Shown in pieces: positions 36,977-49,900 of a stretch of DNA of 64,000 bases; within the stretch, counting starts at the first letter, position 1, and each line of letters begins with the position of its first letter. The stretch lies in assembly GCA_020536535.1 (NCBI GenBank), contig JAHLWZ010000406.1, positions 62,001 through 126,000 on the forward strand, in the 5' to 3' direction. The position numbers were made by a program, and so were the translations under genes. This stretch comes from Pelomyxa schiedti (lineage: Eukaryota > Protista > Evosea). The notes under the pieces were generated by a model. It saw nothing but the letters and a program-made list of their open reading frames with translations. It was not told where the DNA came from and ran no database searches.

Positions 36977-39900
36977 TTAGTCTCCTCCGGATGTAGATAG
37001 TCCCTGTTGTGGGCAAGTGTAAGTTTGGTTGCTGGGCAGAAGGCAGTGGTACTTTATCTTTTTTCATTGCCTCACTCTGGGTGGAGGCATCGATCCTTCT
37101 TTGTAGGTACTGTTCAAGTTTGGTTGTTGTAGCATTGGAAAGAAACATTTCTCCGGACATGGAAGAAATGAGTTGGGAAGCAACTGTTTGTCCACCCAAA
37201 GCAAGGGAAATGTTCACTGTTTACAGTTGGCGAAATATAGAGCATGACAGAAAAAACTTACACAAACGAATGATTGCCCTGAACACACTTTCTTCCTCAA
37301 GTTGTACACTGGCTTTTTGTTGTTCAGGAGAGAGTGAGTTCCAGTCGTTTGTTGTAGATTGAATGTGCTTTGGTAAAGAGGTTCTCAGTATTCTCAGTTC
37401 GCCTTGGTGAGTGTTAGAGGTGATAAGACCCACAATTCTAAGTACAGTAGAGGGCATATTCCCAGAATCGATTATTTTTCCAGAAAAAGTCATGTGAAGC
37501 CAGGGGTGTCTTTTTGAGTAGTTAAAGCTCTGCAAAGAGCAACCGTTGGTACATACATATAGAAATTCTAAGAAATTATTAACTTTGTGGTAGTAAACAG
37601 ATACAATTCGGATTAACTCGGCTACTGGCCTAAAGAAGATCAAGGGAAATGAGAGAACTAAGCTGATTACCGAAAATCCATCTTTTCTTTAGAACATGAT
37701 ATTACATTCTTGCAGGTGTCCAGAAGTGTGGAGAAAGCCCATTCAGAGAGTCCACAGTCGGGGTCCTACTAATATTTTAAGATTAAAAAAAGGTGTCACA
37801 CTTATTCACCTTTGTAAAGGTAAAGGTGGTAAGAGTTTTGGTGTAAGTCAATGTCTCATTGAGGGTTATCAATCGACTGAAGTAATCTGCGTCCTCTATT
37901 CCCCTTGGCTAAGCATAAGAATTGTGATACTATTCAACTCATTCATATTCACTTGGGAGGAATTTTGGCTGATACTACGGTATTAATAATTTCTTGCCAC
38001 TCTGACATTGTCTTCCCAGTTTCAAAAACTGGAAGTTTAGGATCGTTCTAACCCATATTAAACACAACCAAAGTGCAACTGTATTACATTGTAATAAGAC
38101 AACTCGACATTTTTTTTAAGTGCCTCCAGTACTACAGGGGTTCTATTTTTATTCTGGAATGTATCAGATAATGTATGAAACGATGCAGAATCTTTTCAAA
38201 CTGTGAGTTTTGAGGGTGTGGTGGCAAAAAGAAAGTGAAATTAGAAAAAAAATTACCTTCATGGGAAATTGGTAACATAGGAGGCACAACATAGGTTTCA
38301 GAAATTTTACTGTGGAAGATCCCGGAAGTTAGGAAGGCAAGCTCATAATCTAGAAGTTGTTACAATAATCCACTTTCAGCAGGGCATACCCCCTTGAGAA
38401 TAACGAAAAACAGATAAATCAAATATATTCTCCGATTCAAGGTAAAATTGACGATAAAATTGAGGGAAAAAAGTGCTGTCATGGAGTAGCTTTGCAAAGT
38501 CCTGGGAGGAGTTAAAGCTAAATACATTCTTTTAGTGGTACCCTATTTAAGGGATCCTGGTGCTGCAGAAATTTCGCTGTTTCAAAATTTAGCACAGGGG
38601 AAGGGTATTTTCTTAATTCTTTTGTCAAAAAGAAAGAATAGATCCCGTAGATACCTGGCTATTTGGTAGCATTGCCGGTAGTATTGTAAGATTGGAAGGA
38701 AAACAAGCATAAAAGCGCTTGTTTGCATTTAACATATTTGAAATTCAGTTGGGGGTGTACCATTGGATTCTGGTATTTATGGATGGTGCGGGATGTGGCA
38801 CCGCCGTTGTGGGATCCTTTAAAAAGTTTCTGTGGTGAAAGATGCAACTAGGCAAATACTTCTTCATAAAAAGCAATATCAAGGACATCCATTGGGTGCA
38901 GAGTAAATATGTCTTTAAGTCTACCAATCAAAGCTGAGCGTATAGCACTTGGTAAAATGGAGGGTATTTTATTTAATACTTCCCCTGTATCTAAATCTAT
39001 TGTGATAACCTGTTTTACGGTAAGGTAGAAAAGGCATAGACTTGCTTGCCTCAGGAATGTTTGGTACAGGCTCGTTGCAATCTCTCATTAGTCCCATGAT
39101 GTAAGGTGTTGGGGCATGCCAGTACTCTCTCACAGATAAAGGAAGTATAGGGATATATGTATGGCACCACTGGAAGGGATAAATTAATGTCATTATCGTT
39201 CCTGAGGCTGTTTGAAAGAACTTTGCATGAGTGAGGTTAAAGGTCCTTGCAGAGAAAAAATCCTCACCGATTGTAAGGACTGATCTTCTTGACGAGACAA
39301 ATAAAATGTGACTCTCCACCAGAACCCAGCTTAACAGGTCCACAACTGTCTCAATACCAATCAAGTCAAAAAGTAACTTGAGATCCATCTGGGTAAAGGT
39401 GAAAGGAATGAGTTCTGTACTAAATTCGGTACAACACACATCAACATTATCAAAAAAGCACTTGGATGATTTGCAAAGTTCAAGGGTCTTTGTTGGCATT
39501 GGGACTTGAATAAGCATTTCTTATGTTGTGAGAAACGACTCTAAATGATATGTGTTTACCTGGAAGAGGCAAAGGAACGTCATAGAGTATACGCTCTAGT
39601 GTTGCCTCCATAGAAGCAGGGGATGCTGGCAAGGAAGCCTAAGAAGGAAAAATAGAGTACCGTTTAGGAAACACTTATCCAAACCCATTGATATTTTCTA
39701 TGCAAATGTAGAGAAAATTACCCGATAAAGTTCTTTAAGACAGTCCTTGAAGAATGGCAGGAAAGAATAATGCGAAAATAGGCACATGCATATCGGAACA
39801 TAAACCTAGGAAATGGGAGTTACATAAGAGTAGAAACTCTAGAGTTAGAAACTTCTTGCTGTGAGCTGTCGTCTGAAAAATCGGGTGGTAGATCCAAGTT

Positions 39901-40839
39901 GCAGCTTTGACACTGCTGATATGACTTTTTGAAAAAAAAAAAAAAACAAACAATAAGTGCATTGTGGAAATTTCTGAGAGATACAATCAGGCCATAGACA
40001 TAAGAGCGCTTCCCTTCTACATTTGTCATTACAAAAGTGGTGAATTGAGGTGCCGGTTCTGTTTTTTCCAACTTCAACCCATTTGGGAAACAGAACTGAG
40101 GTTTTTAAAAACATTCCAACAAAACATTAGCTTGACAACAAACCGATAGACAGAGTACCATCCATATGCTTTGAAGGCACTCCGTCACTTTCGCATCCTT
40201 GTAATCTGTTTTAGGTACTCTGACGGCCATAGTCCCCTCAAACCTTGTTTCCCAGACTTGCCGTTTTGGTGGTAATGTGACCGAAGGCAAAGACGGCGTT
40301 GAACTTGAGGTGTTAGAAGGTGACATTTGAGAAACTGGTAACGATGGTGTAGTTGACACAACAACAGCACTGGAAAGAGGAGTCACAGGTACTCCACCAG
40401 CAGAAAACGCTCCAACTGAAGCGGATCTCTGGTGACGTGTAGTAGCTGCCCCTCTTGGCGGCTTCGAAGTCACTGTGAGCGGTATCACAGGCGGAGGGTG
40501 CTGGCCCGGGACCTGTGGGGGCGAAGTTACCCCCGACAGAGGCGGAGTCTGTGGCAAAACCACCGGCGACACTGGCGGCGTTACTGAGGCTCTTAGAGGA
40601 ACGCCCACAAACGGCCGCGGCGAAGTAGGTGGAGGTGTGGAAGTGCCCGTAGCACTCGGTGGTTGCGGTAGATCGAGAAGATCTTTGGCAGGAAGTGGCT
40701 GCGGAGGAAACGCGATGTTGGGGAAATTCTCCTCCCACTCTTTGTGGATCTTGGCCGGCCTTGCGATGCTCACAATTACGAAGTAATCCACAAGTCTATT
40801 CGGTAACGCCGTCACACGAGCACCCCGTTTACCCTCCAT
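36977..40839 (-). CDS. DENN-domain Rab GEF (uDENN-cDENN-dDENN) with Pro-rich insert
   Basis: RLVDYFVIV, FCFPNG...FTTFVMTNVEGKRSYVYGL and VLVESHILFVS...LIYPFQWCHTYIPILP...APTPYIMGL. Last exon inferred as GLSTSGGD*. Confidence 0.88.
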
Positions 40840-40920
40840 CACATCCACCTCTTCGATTTTTTTTGATTTGTGGTTTTCTGCGACTTTCGGATACAAACAC
40901 AAAAAGAAAAAAAAAACAAA

Positions 40921-43900
40921 ATGGTGTCAACTTCAGAGAGGTAAGGGTGACATGTGTCAAGTGATTCCGCGGCAATTTAATTAAACGAAAACAATGTGGC
41001 TGTCACAACTCAAATTGCAAAACAAATCACGACAAGTAACTTCGTGTGGGCAGAGTGATCAAGGGTCTGGTGCGAAAGTCAGTGAGTGACTGGTGCACTA
41101 CAAATGGTCAAATATGTGATCACAAACTTGTGCAGGTGGCGTGCTTTTTTTAATTCCTTATGTTGACTTGTTCTTTTTTTTTTTTGTTTGTTTGGGTGTA
41201 GTTTATAGCTGATCCTATTACAACATCTCTGGGTATCCTTTAACAACTTGCATTTCCCTATCTCATTATGCTTAGTTGTTGAAAATCTCATCAGCAGAGT
41301 GGAGGCAGATGGCGCTCAAAATTCTGCTCTCCTAAGTAACTTCTTAAACCTATTGAAGTTATCTCTACCCAAGTATTCTTTTTTTCTCTTGTCCACAAGT
41401 CAGAGTAGAGCAGAGTTTGATACGATATAGGTACCCAATGAAACCTGAAACACTTATAGCTATTGACCAATTCTGTATAAAAATGGCTGTCACCACTCCT
41501 GCTGCCTCAAAAGTTTGCACTTCACTTCACTTTTAGACACTCTACTAATGACAACAAGTCCTTCTTTTACTTGAGGCATGTGGTGTCAAGTATTCTTGGA
41601 ACTGTAAGGCCCTCTAGTGCTCCAAAGTCAACAAATACACGTATAATAATAAAAAGCTTACCAAAGTAATCATGATTTGCATTAGAGACAACTGCAGCTG
41701 CACCAGCTACTCCTGCGACTCCTGCGTCCAATCTCAGTGCTACAACTGCAACTTCCTCGCCATCACCATCATATGAATCCCATGCTGGGAGAAGACGTCA
41801 AAAGAAAGTATCAACAAAACGTGAAGGCCTTCCCGGAGTTGGTGCATTGTCTGCCCACGATAGTGGTACGATAATAATCTCCGACATGCTCCTACATAGG
41901 GTAGGTGAATGTATGTTTTCAATACTTTCAGAATCCATGTTCAGTTCTTTTCAGTAGAACCTGGGGGATTCCCAGATTTGGGACTGACACTCTTTGCAAA
42001 TTGTCAGTTTGGCATAACAACCACCAAGTCCAAAAGACGATGTACATGTCTATTTTCACACCCCTTTTGGTTCTAACATAACTTGCAAGTGGAATCCTCT
42101 AATATACTCGCATGCAATGAAAGTGCCTCTGCAGACCCTTTTGCCATGGTTTGCAAGTCAATGAAAACGTAATCTCTCTGCCCCCCCCCCTCCCCCCCCT
42201 TTTTTTGTTTTTTGTTTTTTGTTTTTGCTCAAATTTGACTTCAAGAGAAGAAGCTACCCAAATTGCCAATCGCTCAATACGGCGCCGCCGTGCCCAACTA
42301 TTCAACTATAAATGTTACAATGAACAAACAGAGTTGGATCTAAGTGGACAACAAGTCCAAATTGTGGTTGCTGCAATTATGGAACCACCTATTGATGAGC
42401 CAACTCGCGAATTGCGCCTCATGGCCACAAAGATTCTTATAAAGGTCCATATTCACTCTTTTTTTTTATAATGCTCATGGAATCTAGCTTCTTGCCGATA
42501 TCTATTGTCGGAGGCCATCAGGTACTGAAGCTCATACAGTGCTATTGAATTTGCTGTACCAAATGCTCGAGGCATCTCATTTGGACACCAAAATTCACGC
42601 GTTCAACTTGCTGTTTAATCTCAGCGTACACATGCACATGGTTACACATGTTTCTATATTATTGGAAGATAACAATCGTATGCATACTTCTCCTCTTGAG
42701 TAACTTCAAAATTACCCCCTTTTTAGCAAGATCCAGTCAAATTGATGAAATCCAAGAAGACTTATTCAAACTACTTACAGAGGTTTTTCCTCTAAAAGAG
42801 GGCAGGACCCTGAGTAATGTTTTTTTTCCTGATAGATGTTAAACTGGATGGTGGACCGAGAAACTTCATTTGACCCAAAGGTCTGGGAAATGGCCTTGAA
42901 TTGCACCATATTCTTCATTACTCACGTTGGCCATATCATCAAATCTAAGTAGACCGTTCAAGTCTTGCTACCGATTCAATTGCTTACATAATATATAAGG
43001 TTGATGATGCTTTCCCCACGTGTAGTGGCTGCCTTCCTCCGGTATTGCGACCGAATGAGCAATGACACCCACAGAAAGGTTATTCATATGCTAATAAACC
43101 GAATGTATGGCCTTCTTGGAGAATTACACACTAAAAAGTTTTGAAAAGATATACCCCTCAGGCACTACTGAACCGCAAGTTACTCCAAGAATGCTTCAAT
43201 GGCATAGAATTCATCATCAGCCAATACATTAATACACCCTCTATCGAGGACAGGAACAACTTGTTCCTCATTTTATTTGATTATGCTGCTCATGCTGCTG
43301 ATCTCTCGTCGACGGATCCAGATGTTTGGCATCCCTTATTCTTGTGCACTTAAAAAAACCCAACAAATAGGTGAAATTACTTCTGGAGACCCTAGTAAAA
43401 ATGAATGCCCCTTTTTACTTCCCACAATTGTTCAAGGTCTCCTTTCCAAAAAAAAAAAAAAAATTCTAAAACACTTTAGTATGCGTCTGCCAGCTTCGTT
43501 TCCTCTGTTCTAAGTTCTTTACCTGCTGACTGTAATACCACATTACGGCAGAACTGCGAAGCAATTCTGTCTCAATTCTGCAAAATGTCCACTGACTTTT
43601 ATAAAGTACTAGTTTTCTATAGAAAGTGGCTTTTTACTATTGTTAGATCGACCAACAATATGAGGCCAATGTTTCTAATATGATTTCAAGAGAATTGCAG
43701 GAGCACATTCATCAATTAGTTGAGTTACTCAAATCATCCAAAGAAAAATCAAGGAGGAATGGTGAGGTATACAAAGTTAGCCGTGATTTCTCAAAAAAAA
43801 CCGATTCTATCAGGCATGGCTATTTCGTCTTATGTGTGCAGCACAAGAAACCACTGAAACTAAGAAATCAGCAGCCAATTCATCGAATTCCAGTCCCACT

Positions 43901-44917
43901 ACACCTCCCGCAGTTACACCTACTGTATCGTCACTTCCTACTATAGTGGAAAGTGTTACACAGCAGTTGCTTTCTTTACACAATTCAGAAGTCATACACT
44001 CATACCTCATAGTAACCCAACGACTACTTGTTTACATGAAGAGTAAGGTAAGAGTACACAACAAATTCAAAACGCACTGAAAGTATCATACAGTTCCAAA
44101 CATTTGGTGACACCGGCCGCCTCTCATCCCTCCTCCAACTTTTAAATAAGAATCTTGCTAGTGTTTGCAGTACCAATGACCAAACTGAAAAGAACTTGCT
44201 TCTCATGTTTGATATTGTTTTTGAGACTATTACAATCAGAACAGGTCATACTCTTTTTTTCTACTTACATCTGAGTCATTCCCTCATTCCATTTGTAGAC
44301 ATCGCTGAAGGTGGCTCCGCCCCCCCCTTTCCGACCTCTGGTTTAAATATGATACCAATTGGGGACTCTATCTACACGCGATTTTTAAGGGGGAGAATAG
44401 CTGCATCATTGGCCTTACTTGACGAAATAAATATAAGTATGGCCCCTTCTTGTAAAAAAACCTTCCTAAAAACTGTAAGCACCTTTGGAACAGGTAGCGA
44501 GACACCTTCGGCACCAAAACTATGTAGAAGTTCGAGCAATTGCCGTTAAGTTGTTAGCGGAGAGATGTAAAAGACTCAATGGGAAAAAGTTGCTTGAATC
44601 ACTTGGAGGTAAGAGCTATTCATCTGTATGAAGACTGAATCTTGCACCACTAGGTACTGTGTTCTTCATTAACTTCGTGTCGGATACGAACCCCATTGTT
44701 GCCTAGTGAGTGCCACACATTCCCTTCTAACTCGCTGATACCCCCAAACAGTTATGCAAGCCAATTCCTTGTTGATCACATAGGGCACGAGCAACCCGAA
44801 GACTACCGCGTTTTCATGACAAGGATGTTGGCCAAAGCACGACTCACCAATGACGAGAACCTTGTCTCCAATCCCTATTATCAAATGAAAGCCATTATGA
44901 GCGGCCAGAACGGCTGA
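40921..44917 (+). CDS. Conserved alpha-solenoid protein of unknown function, resembling the plant At3g12590-type family
   Basis: YNEQTELDLSGQQVQIVVAA, ATKILIKLLADIY...QMLEASHLDTKIHAFNLLFNLSVH and C-terminal ASQFL...EQPEDYR...AKARLTNDENLVSNPYYQM. Family assignment is from recall, not a search. Confidence 0.68.
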
Positions 44918-45194
44918 TTACCACCTGGTACCGTTCCCTTCACCTTCAAAGCTGTAGTTTTGTTTCATACACTAACACAAAGCACCCTTTTGTTTTGACC
45001 TGAAACACCGCAACTTCTCTAACGTAACCCCCGAACCCACAATAACCAACCAAACAAAGCACACCACGCAAGACCCGATCTGTCTCTGAGACGATAATCA
45101 ACTGTCCGTTCCTCTCCCAAGGAGACGTAGTGATCGAAAAAACGAAAGAAGGAGAAAAACAAATAAAAAAAAGGAAAATAAAAAAAGAGAGGAG

Positions 45195-46559
45195 ATGGCA
45201 GCGGTGGACCTGGGCGCGTTGTCTCACTTTGGCAAGGTGGGTTTGTTTCCACAGTCATTCACTCATTCTTTTTACGTGCGTGCAACTCTGACATGGGCTT
45301 TTTTTTTTTTCTTCTTTTTCTTTTTCTTGTGCTGGGGATCTCTTCTTTGTGAAGGCACCATCTCGCCAAGCAATTGATGAAATCATTGGCATCACGTTCC
45401 GTAAGAGGTCAGAGGGTCTGTCTCAGGCCGAAATGGCAACAATTGCAAAGACCCTTAGTTTGGCGCAGCCTGAAGTAGACGCTGTATGTTGTTGGTCTTT
45501 TTTTCCCTTCCCCATAATGAGGGTATTCTGGTGTTTATTTGACTTTGTTTTACTTTAGCTGCTGGCTGCTATTAAGATTTTCATTCGCCTTGGTCTTCGA
45601 AAGGTAGCCCTCTCTTTCTTACAACACAAAAACTCAAAAAAAAAAAAAAAACCAACAGCCTGCCGATCAAGTTTCAAGCGACTTCCCGGCAGATTTTGAA
45701 CCGCGTTTGAAGTACTTGGGGTTACACCGTGTTTCAAACAGTCTTACTTTGTTCCAGGGCTTTCCTTCTCAAGGTGCTTGAAAATCGTGTTCCTCTCTGG
45801 AAAGAAGCTCTCGCCAAAGACCGCGCTGCCGCAACAGGGTCACCATCCCCCTCCCCAGCAACGCCTGCGTCACCATCACCTGCTGAGAAGCCAGCAAGTC
45901 CGGCCGAAAAGGCACCAGCAAGCCCCCAACCACAACAGCAGAGAGCGCAGCCCAAGCCCACTGCCGTGCAGCCCGCGCCACAACCTGCCACCCCCACACA
46001 AAGGACTGCAGCACAAGCCACTCCAACACCAGCCGCCACGGCCACAACAACATCAACAACGGCCAAGGCACCTACCCAGCCACCAACACCACAACAAACC
46101 TCAACACCCAAACAACGCGTGCCCCCTCAAAGGGTACCAGAAACTGTACCACCACCAACCCAAGCACAACCACCGGCCCAACAACAGCAACTACCACCAA
46201 CCCAGCAACAGCCTCGCTCAACACCAGTGCCCCCAACACGCCCAACAACAACAGCAGCAGCAGCAACAGCAAGCAGCCAGCTTCTGCAGCCGTCGCTACC
46301 AAAGCTTCGCAAGTTTGACTGGAGGATTGATGTGAGAAGTGCCTCTGATACAATGGCCAGGATGAGTGTCCCTTGCGTTCTGGTGCAAATGGAGGTTGAA
46401 ACGCCAAAGACCCACGTCACACCCGCAAATGCAACTGCAGCGGCAGCCGAGCAGCCGGATCACAACCGCGTGGTTACTTTCGAACTAACCAAGGAATCAC
46501 TGAATGCCATGCTTGAGGGTTTGCAGTTTGTCAGAAACCAGCTCTCTTCCATCCATTAA
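45195..46559 (+). CDS. COMMD9: COMM domain-containing protein 9 with large low-complexity insertion
   Basis: FPADFEPRLK|AFLLKVLENRVPLWK; COMM domain PSLPKLRKFDWRIDVRSASDTMARMSVPCVLVQM...VTFELTKESLNAMLEGLQFVRNQLSSI. Confidence 0.9.
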
Positions 46560-46982
46560 AACTACTAATCACTTATCTTGCAAGTAATAAAAGGGCCCTT
46601 TTCTTCCAGTGTCTTTGTGGTGAGAAGAGAAGGGCCGTCAGTACTCTTTTCTGTGTTTTCCACTTTGTCTTTCGATCTGTATGTTCTGTAAAGGAAGTGA
46701 ACCTAAAACATCAAAAGCCTGCTAAAGTGTTCAAAGGAAGAAAGGCACACAACGTAGATATTGGACGTTTCAGTCAAAAACCAGCCACACAAACAAAAAA
46801 CGAAAACTATCATCAAAATCAAACGAAATGCACTGGGTGCGCCCAGTGGATAAACTTGTTTTTTGTTGGTTGTTTTTATTTTTCATTCATTATGCCGTTT
46901 TTTGACTGAAACGTCCAATACAGATTTTTTGTCACACAAAAACGAAAAAAACAAAACAACAAAAAAAAAAAGCGAGGAGTTG

Positions 46983-49900
46983 ATGTCGTCCCCTGGTGCG
47001 ACGCCACCGGTGCTGGTCAAGGCCAAACACGCCTTCAAAGCCACATCTGAGAATGAACTGGATTTCCCAAAGGTTGTGATGCTTCTACGACCACTACTCA
47101 ACACACACCACACATCGTTTTGTTTTTGTTGCATGACTCGTGACACTGCTACTACTACAAGGGAGCGATGATTATTTTTTTGGGGAAAATTGAGGCTGGA
47201 TGGGCGCAGGTACTCGCTGCTGTGCGTGGGAAAGGCCTTTCCTTCTAAACTTGACACAGGGTGAATATGAAGGAAAGAAAGGGTGGTTTCCTGCCAATTT
47301 CGTAAGCATGCCTGGTGATCCAAAGAAGAAAACAAAACGGCATCCTGGTATTTTGAATGTGTGATAATGTATTATTGTTCACTTTAAGCATGAAGGCGAT
47401 CATAAAAGTAATGAACCTGCATCCTCACCACCACCTTCAACACCAACAAATTCAAATTCAACTACACCGACACCAACTCCAACGCCAACACCAACAACAA
47501 CACCAACCTCACCATCAAATTCAACTGCACAAACACCGGCACTAACTCCGACTGCAACTCCAGCACCTGACTCCACCCCTGCAGCTTCTTTGCAACCTGG
47601 GACGAACAGTACATCTCCAACTTCAACCAATACCACTAGTGATGGGGTTCCTCCAACTGAGCCCAACCCTTCTCTCACAGTATCAGGCACCCCTTCAACA
47701 ACATCTTCTAGTACTTCCCCAGAGCCCACTCCCAGCGCACCCCCCTCCCCTACTGCCACCCCATTGTCTTCCGTACCAGCATCCTCCCCCACCCCTTCAG
47801 TCACAGTGACTACAAGCAATACCACAATTAATACCCCTTCCACACCAACACCTTCACGTTCTCCTACGCCAACACAACCACCACCGTTATTGCCTGTACC
47901 TCCTCTTTCAACTCCCTTGAAAAATTCATCCAGTCCTTCACTCTCTCGCGTTCCCCCACTTTCACAGTCTCACACTGGCTCACCAATTCCTCCAAAGAAG
48001 GAACTTCCTGTTGTACTTCATAGCTCACCAAGTCCCAAGCCAGATCCTCCAGCAAAGCCTCCAAAACCTCTTCCAAAACCAGAGAGCCTCACTGTTCGTA
48101 CTGCACTGTCAAATTCTGGGTCTAACTCGCCAGTTCCCACTTCAGTGTCACCACTATCTACAACGCCAACAAATGTCTCACCTGCTTTGTCTCCTGCTTT
48201 AGGAGAACCAACGGACCAGGCACCAACATCTCCCTCTGTTTCTCCACCTCTGCCAACAGTGGCAAGCCTTCCAAATAAACCTGACTCTACACCAACAAAA
48301 ACACCTGTGCAACAACCCTCAGGTCTGGTAAAACCAGAACTAAGCATGCCCCCACCAATGCATATTCCTCCAGTCACCCCTTTAACTGGGTCTCCTCTTG
48401 TTCCTGTCAAGGTTGCGCCTCCAAAAAAACCAGAAAGGCCAAATATGCCTGACAAGCCAGCTTGCCCTCCTCCAGTTATGAAGAAGGAATTGGCTGTTGT
48501 AAGTTACAATCCTTCTCTCTTTAGGTAACTGACAACCGCAGGCAAGTGCATCCTTGTACTCTAAGGCTAATGTTTCTCTGAGCAACTGCTTAATTGCATC
48601 TGATGAACTGCAGCTATCACGATTCCTCTCAGTAGGTATCACATCAAGTACCTCTGACATGAGGTGTTCCTTTCTTCTAAAATAACCTTTTCCTTTTTTC
48701 TTTTTTTTAGATGCACAGGACCCTGAAGCTGACAAACCTGCATCTATGAGTACTGTAATTAGGTTAGTTGCAAAAAAAAAAAAATCTTCAACCCTCTTAA
48801 CTCTGAAGGGACTTCTGGACCCAAATGGAACTCCTCCTACTCAAACACAAGGCAGAAATTGATGGTGCTGCAATAAAGCTCAGTGAAGGAGCTGCTGTTC
48901 ATAATGACCAACTAGTCAGGGTGCGTTTCAGCCTTTACTTCATACCTTCCTCATATGGGGAATTTCAGGCCCAGGGGTTGAGCAGAGCAGCTTCTTTGCG
49001 AGCACTCAATACCCTTAGTAATATCCTTGTTTTACATTCTCAATTTGGAGAAAATCTTGTTTCTGTCTGCGATACTCTTGTTAAACTAGCCGGTTTTCTC
49101 ATTATATAAAATCTATTGTACCTCACGGTTCCGTATCTCATCCCACAGAAAGAGTAAAGCATATAGCAACTCATGTAAAACCTCCTTCATCCAAGGACAA
49201 AGAGGAAGCAGTTCAATGTGAACCTGATTCAGAAGATTTTCCTTTTTATTTCTGCCTCAAGACACTTCATTTGTGCATCACTTCTTCAATTAAAGCTCTA
49301 AAAATGTATGTCTCACTTTGTTATCTTCTATTCAACCTTTAAAGAGATGAGGTCGGTCATTTGAACCCAAAAATAAGAGAGTTTCTTTTTGAACACTTGC
49401 ACTTCACAAATAAGTATTGTATGTCAGATATTCCATTTCATGAGGCAACTAACAGGTGAAAGGTATTCGTAAAATTGCTGCTGAAAATCTTGGTGTTATC
49501 TCTGGGCAGCAGTTAGACCCTGTGGTGAGATTATTTACTGGCAAGCTTATTGCATGCAAAAGTGATGACCAACTCCGAGAGTATGTGACCTACCAGAATG
49601 CTGCTGTATGCTACTATTTTCTTTCTTTTTTTTTTCCCCTGAACAGTATTATTGATAGGTACATTTGCACTTGGGTTTATCAAATTCAGCGCAAGTGGAC
49701 TCAACAAACCACTACATGAGCACAATTGCTACTGCTGCTGAACGGATATCAAGAGGGGTAATCTCTTCTCTTTCATTGGTTAAGTTGATCATGTTACTTT
49801 GTAGGTACTTCGCAAAGTTATGTGCACAACACTTGGCCCTATTTTGAGGCAAATAATGATAAGTTCCCATTGCCCCGAGTTCGAAGGTGCAGCATCAAAG

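Noticed and set aside
36834-37052. Apparent overlap of the DENN ORF with the Tom40 3' end
   Set aside because: A ~49-nt GT-AG intron gives a short final exon (GLSTSGGD*) ending at 36977, which removes the overlap.
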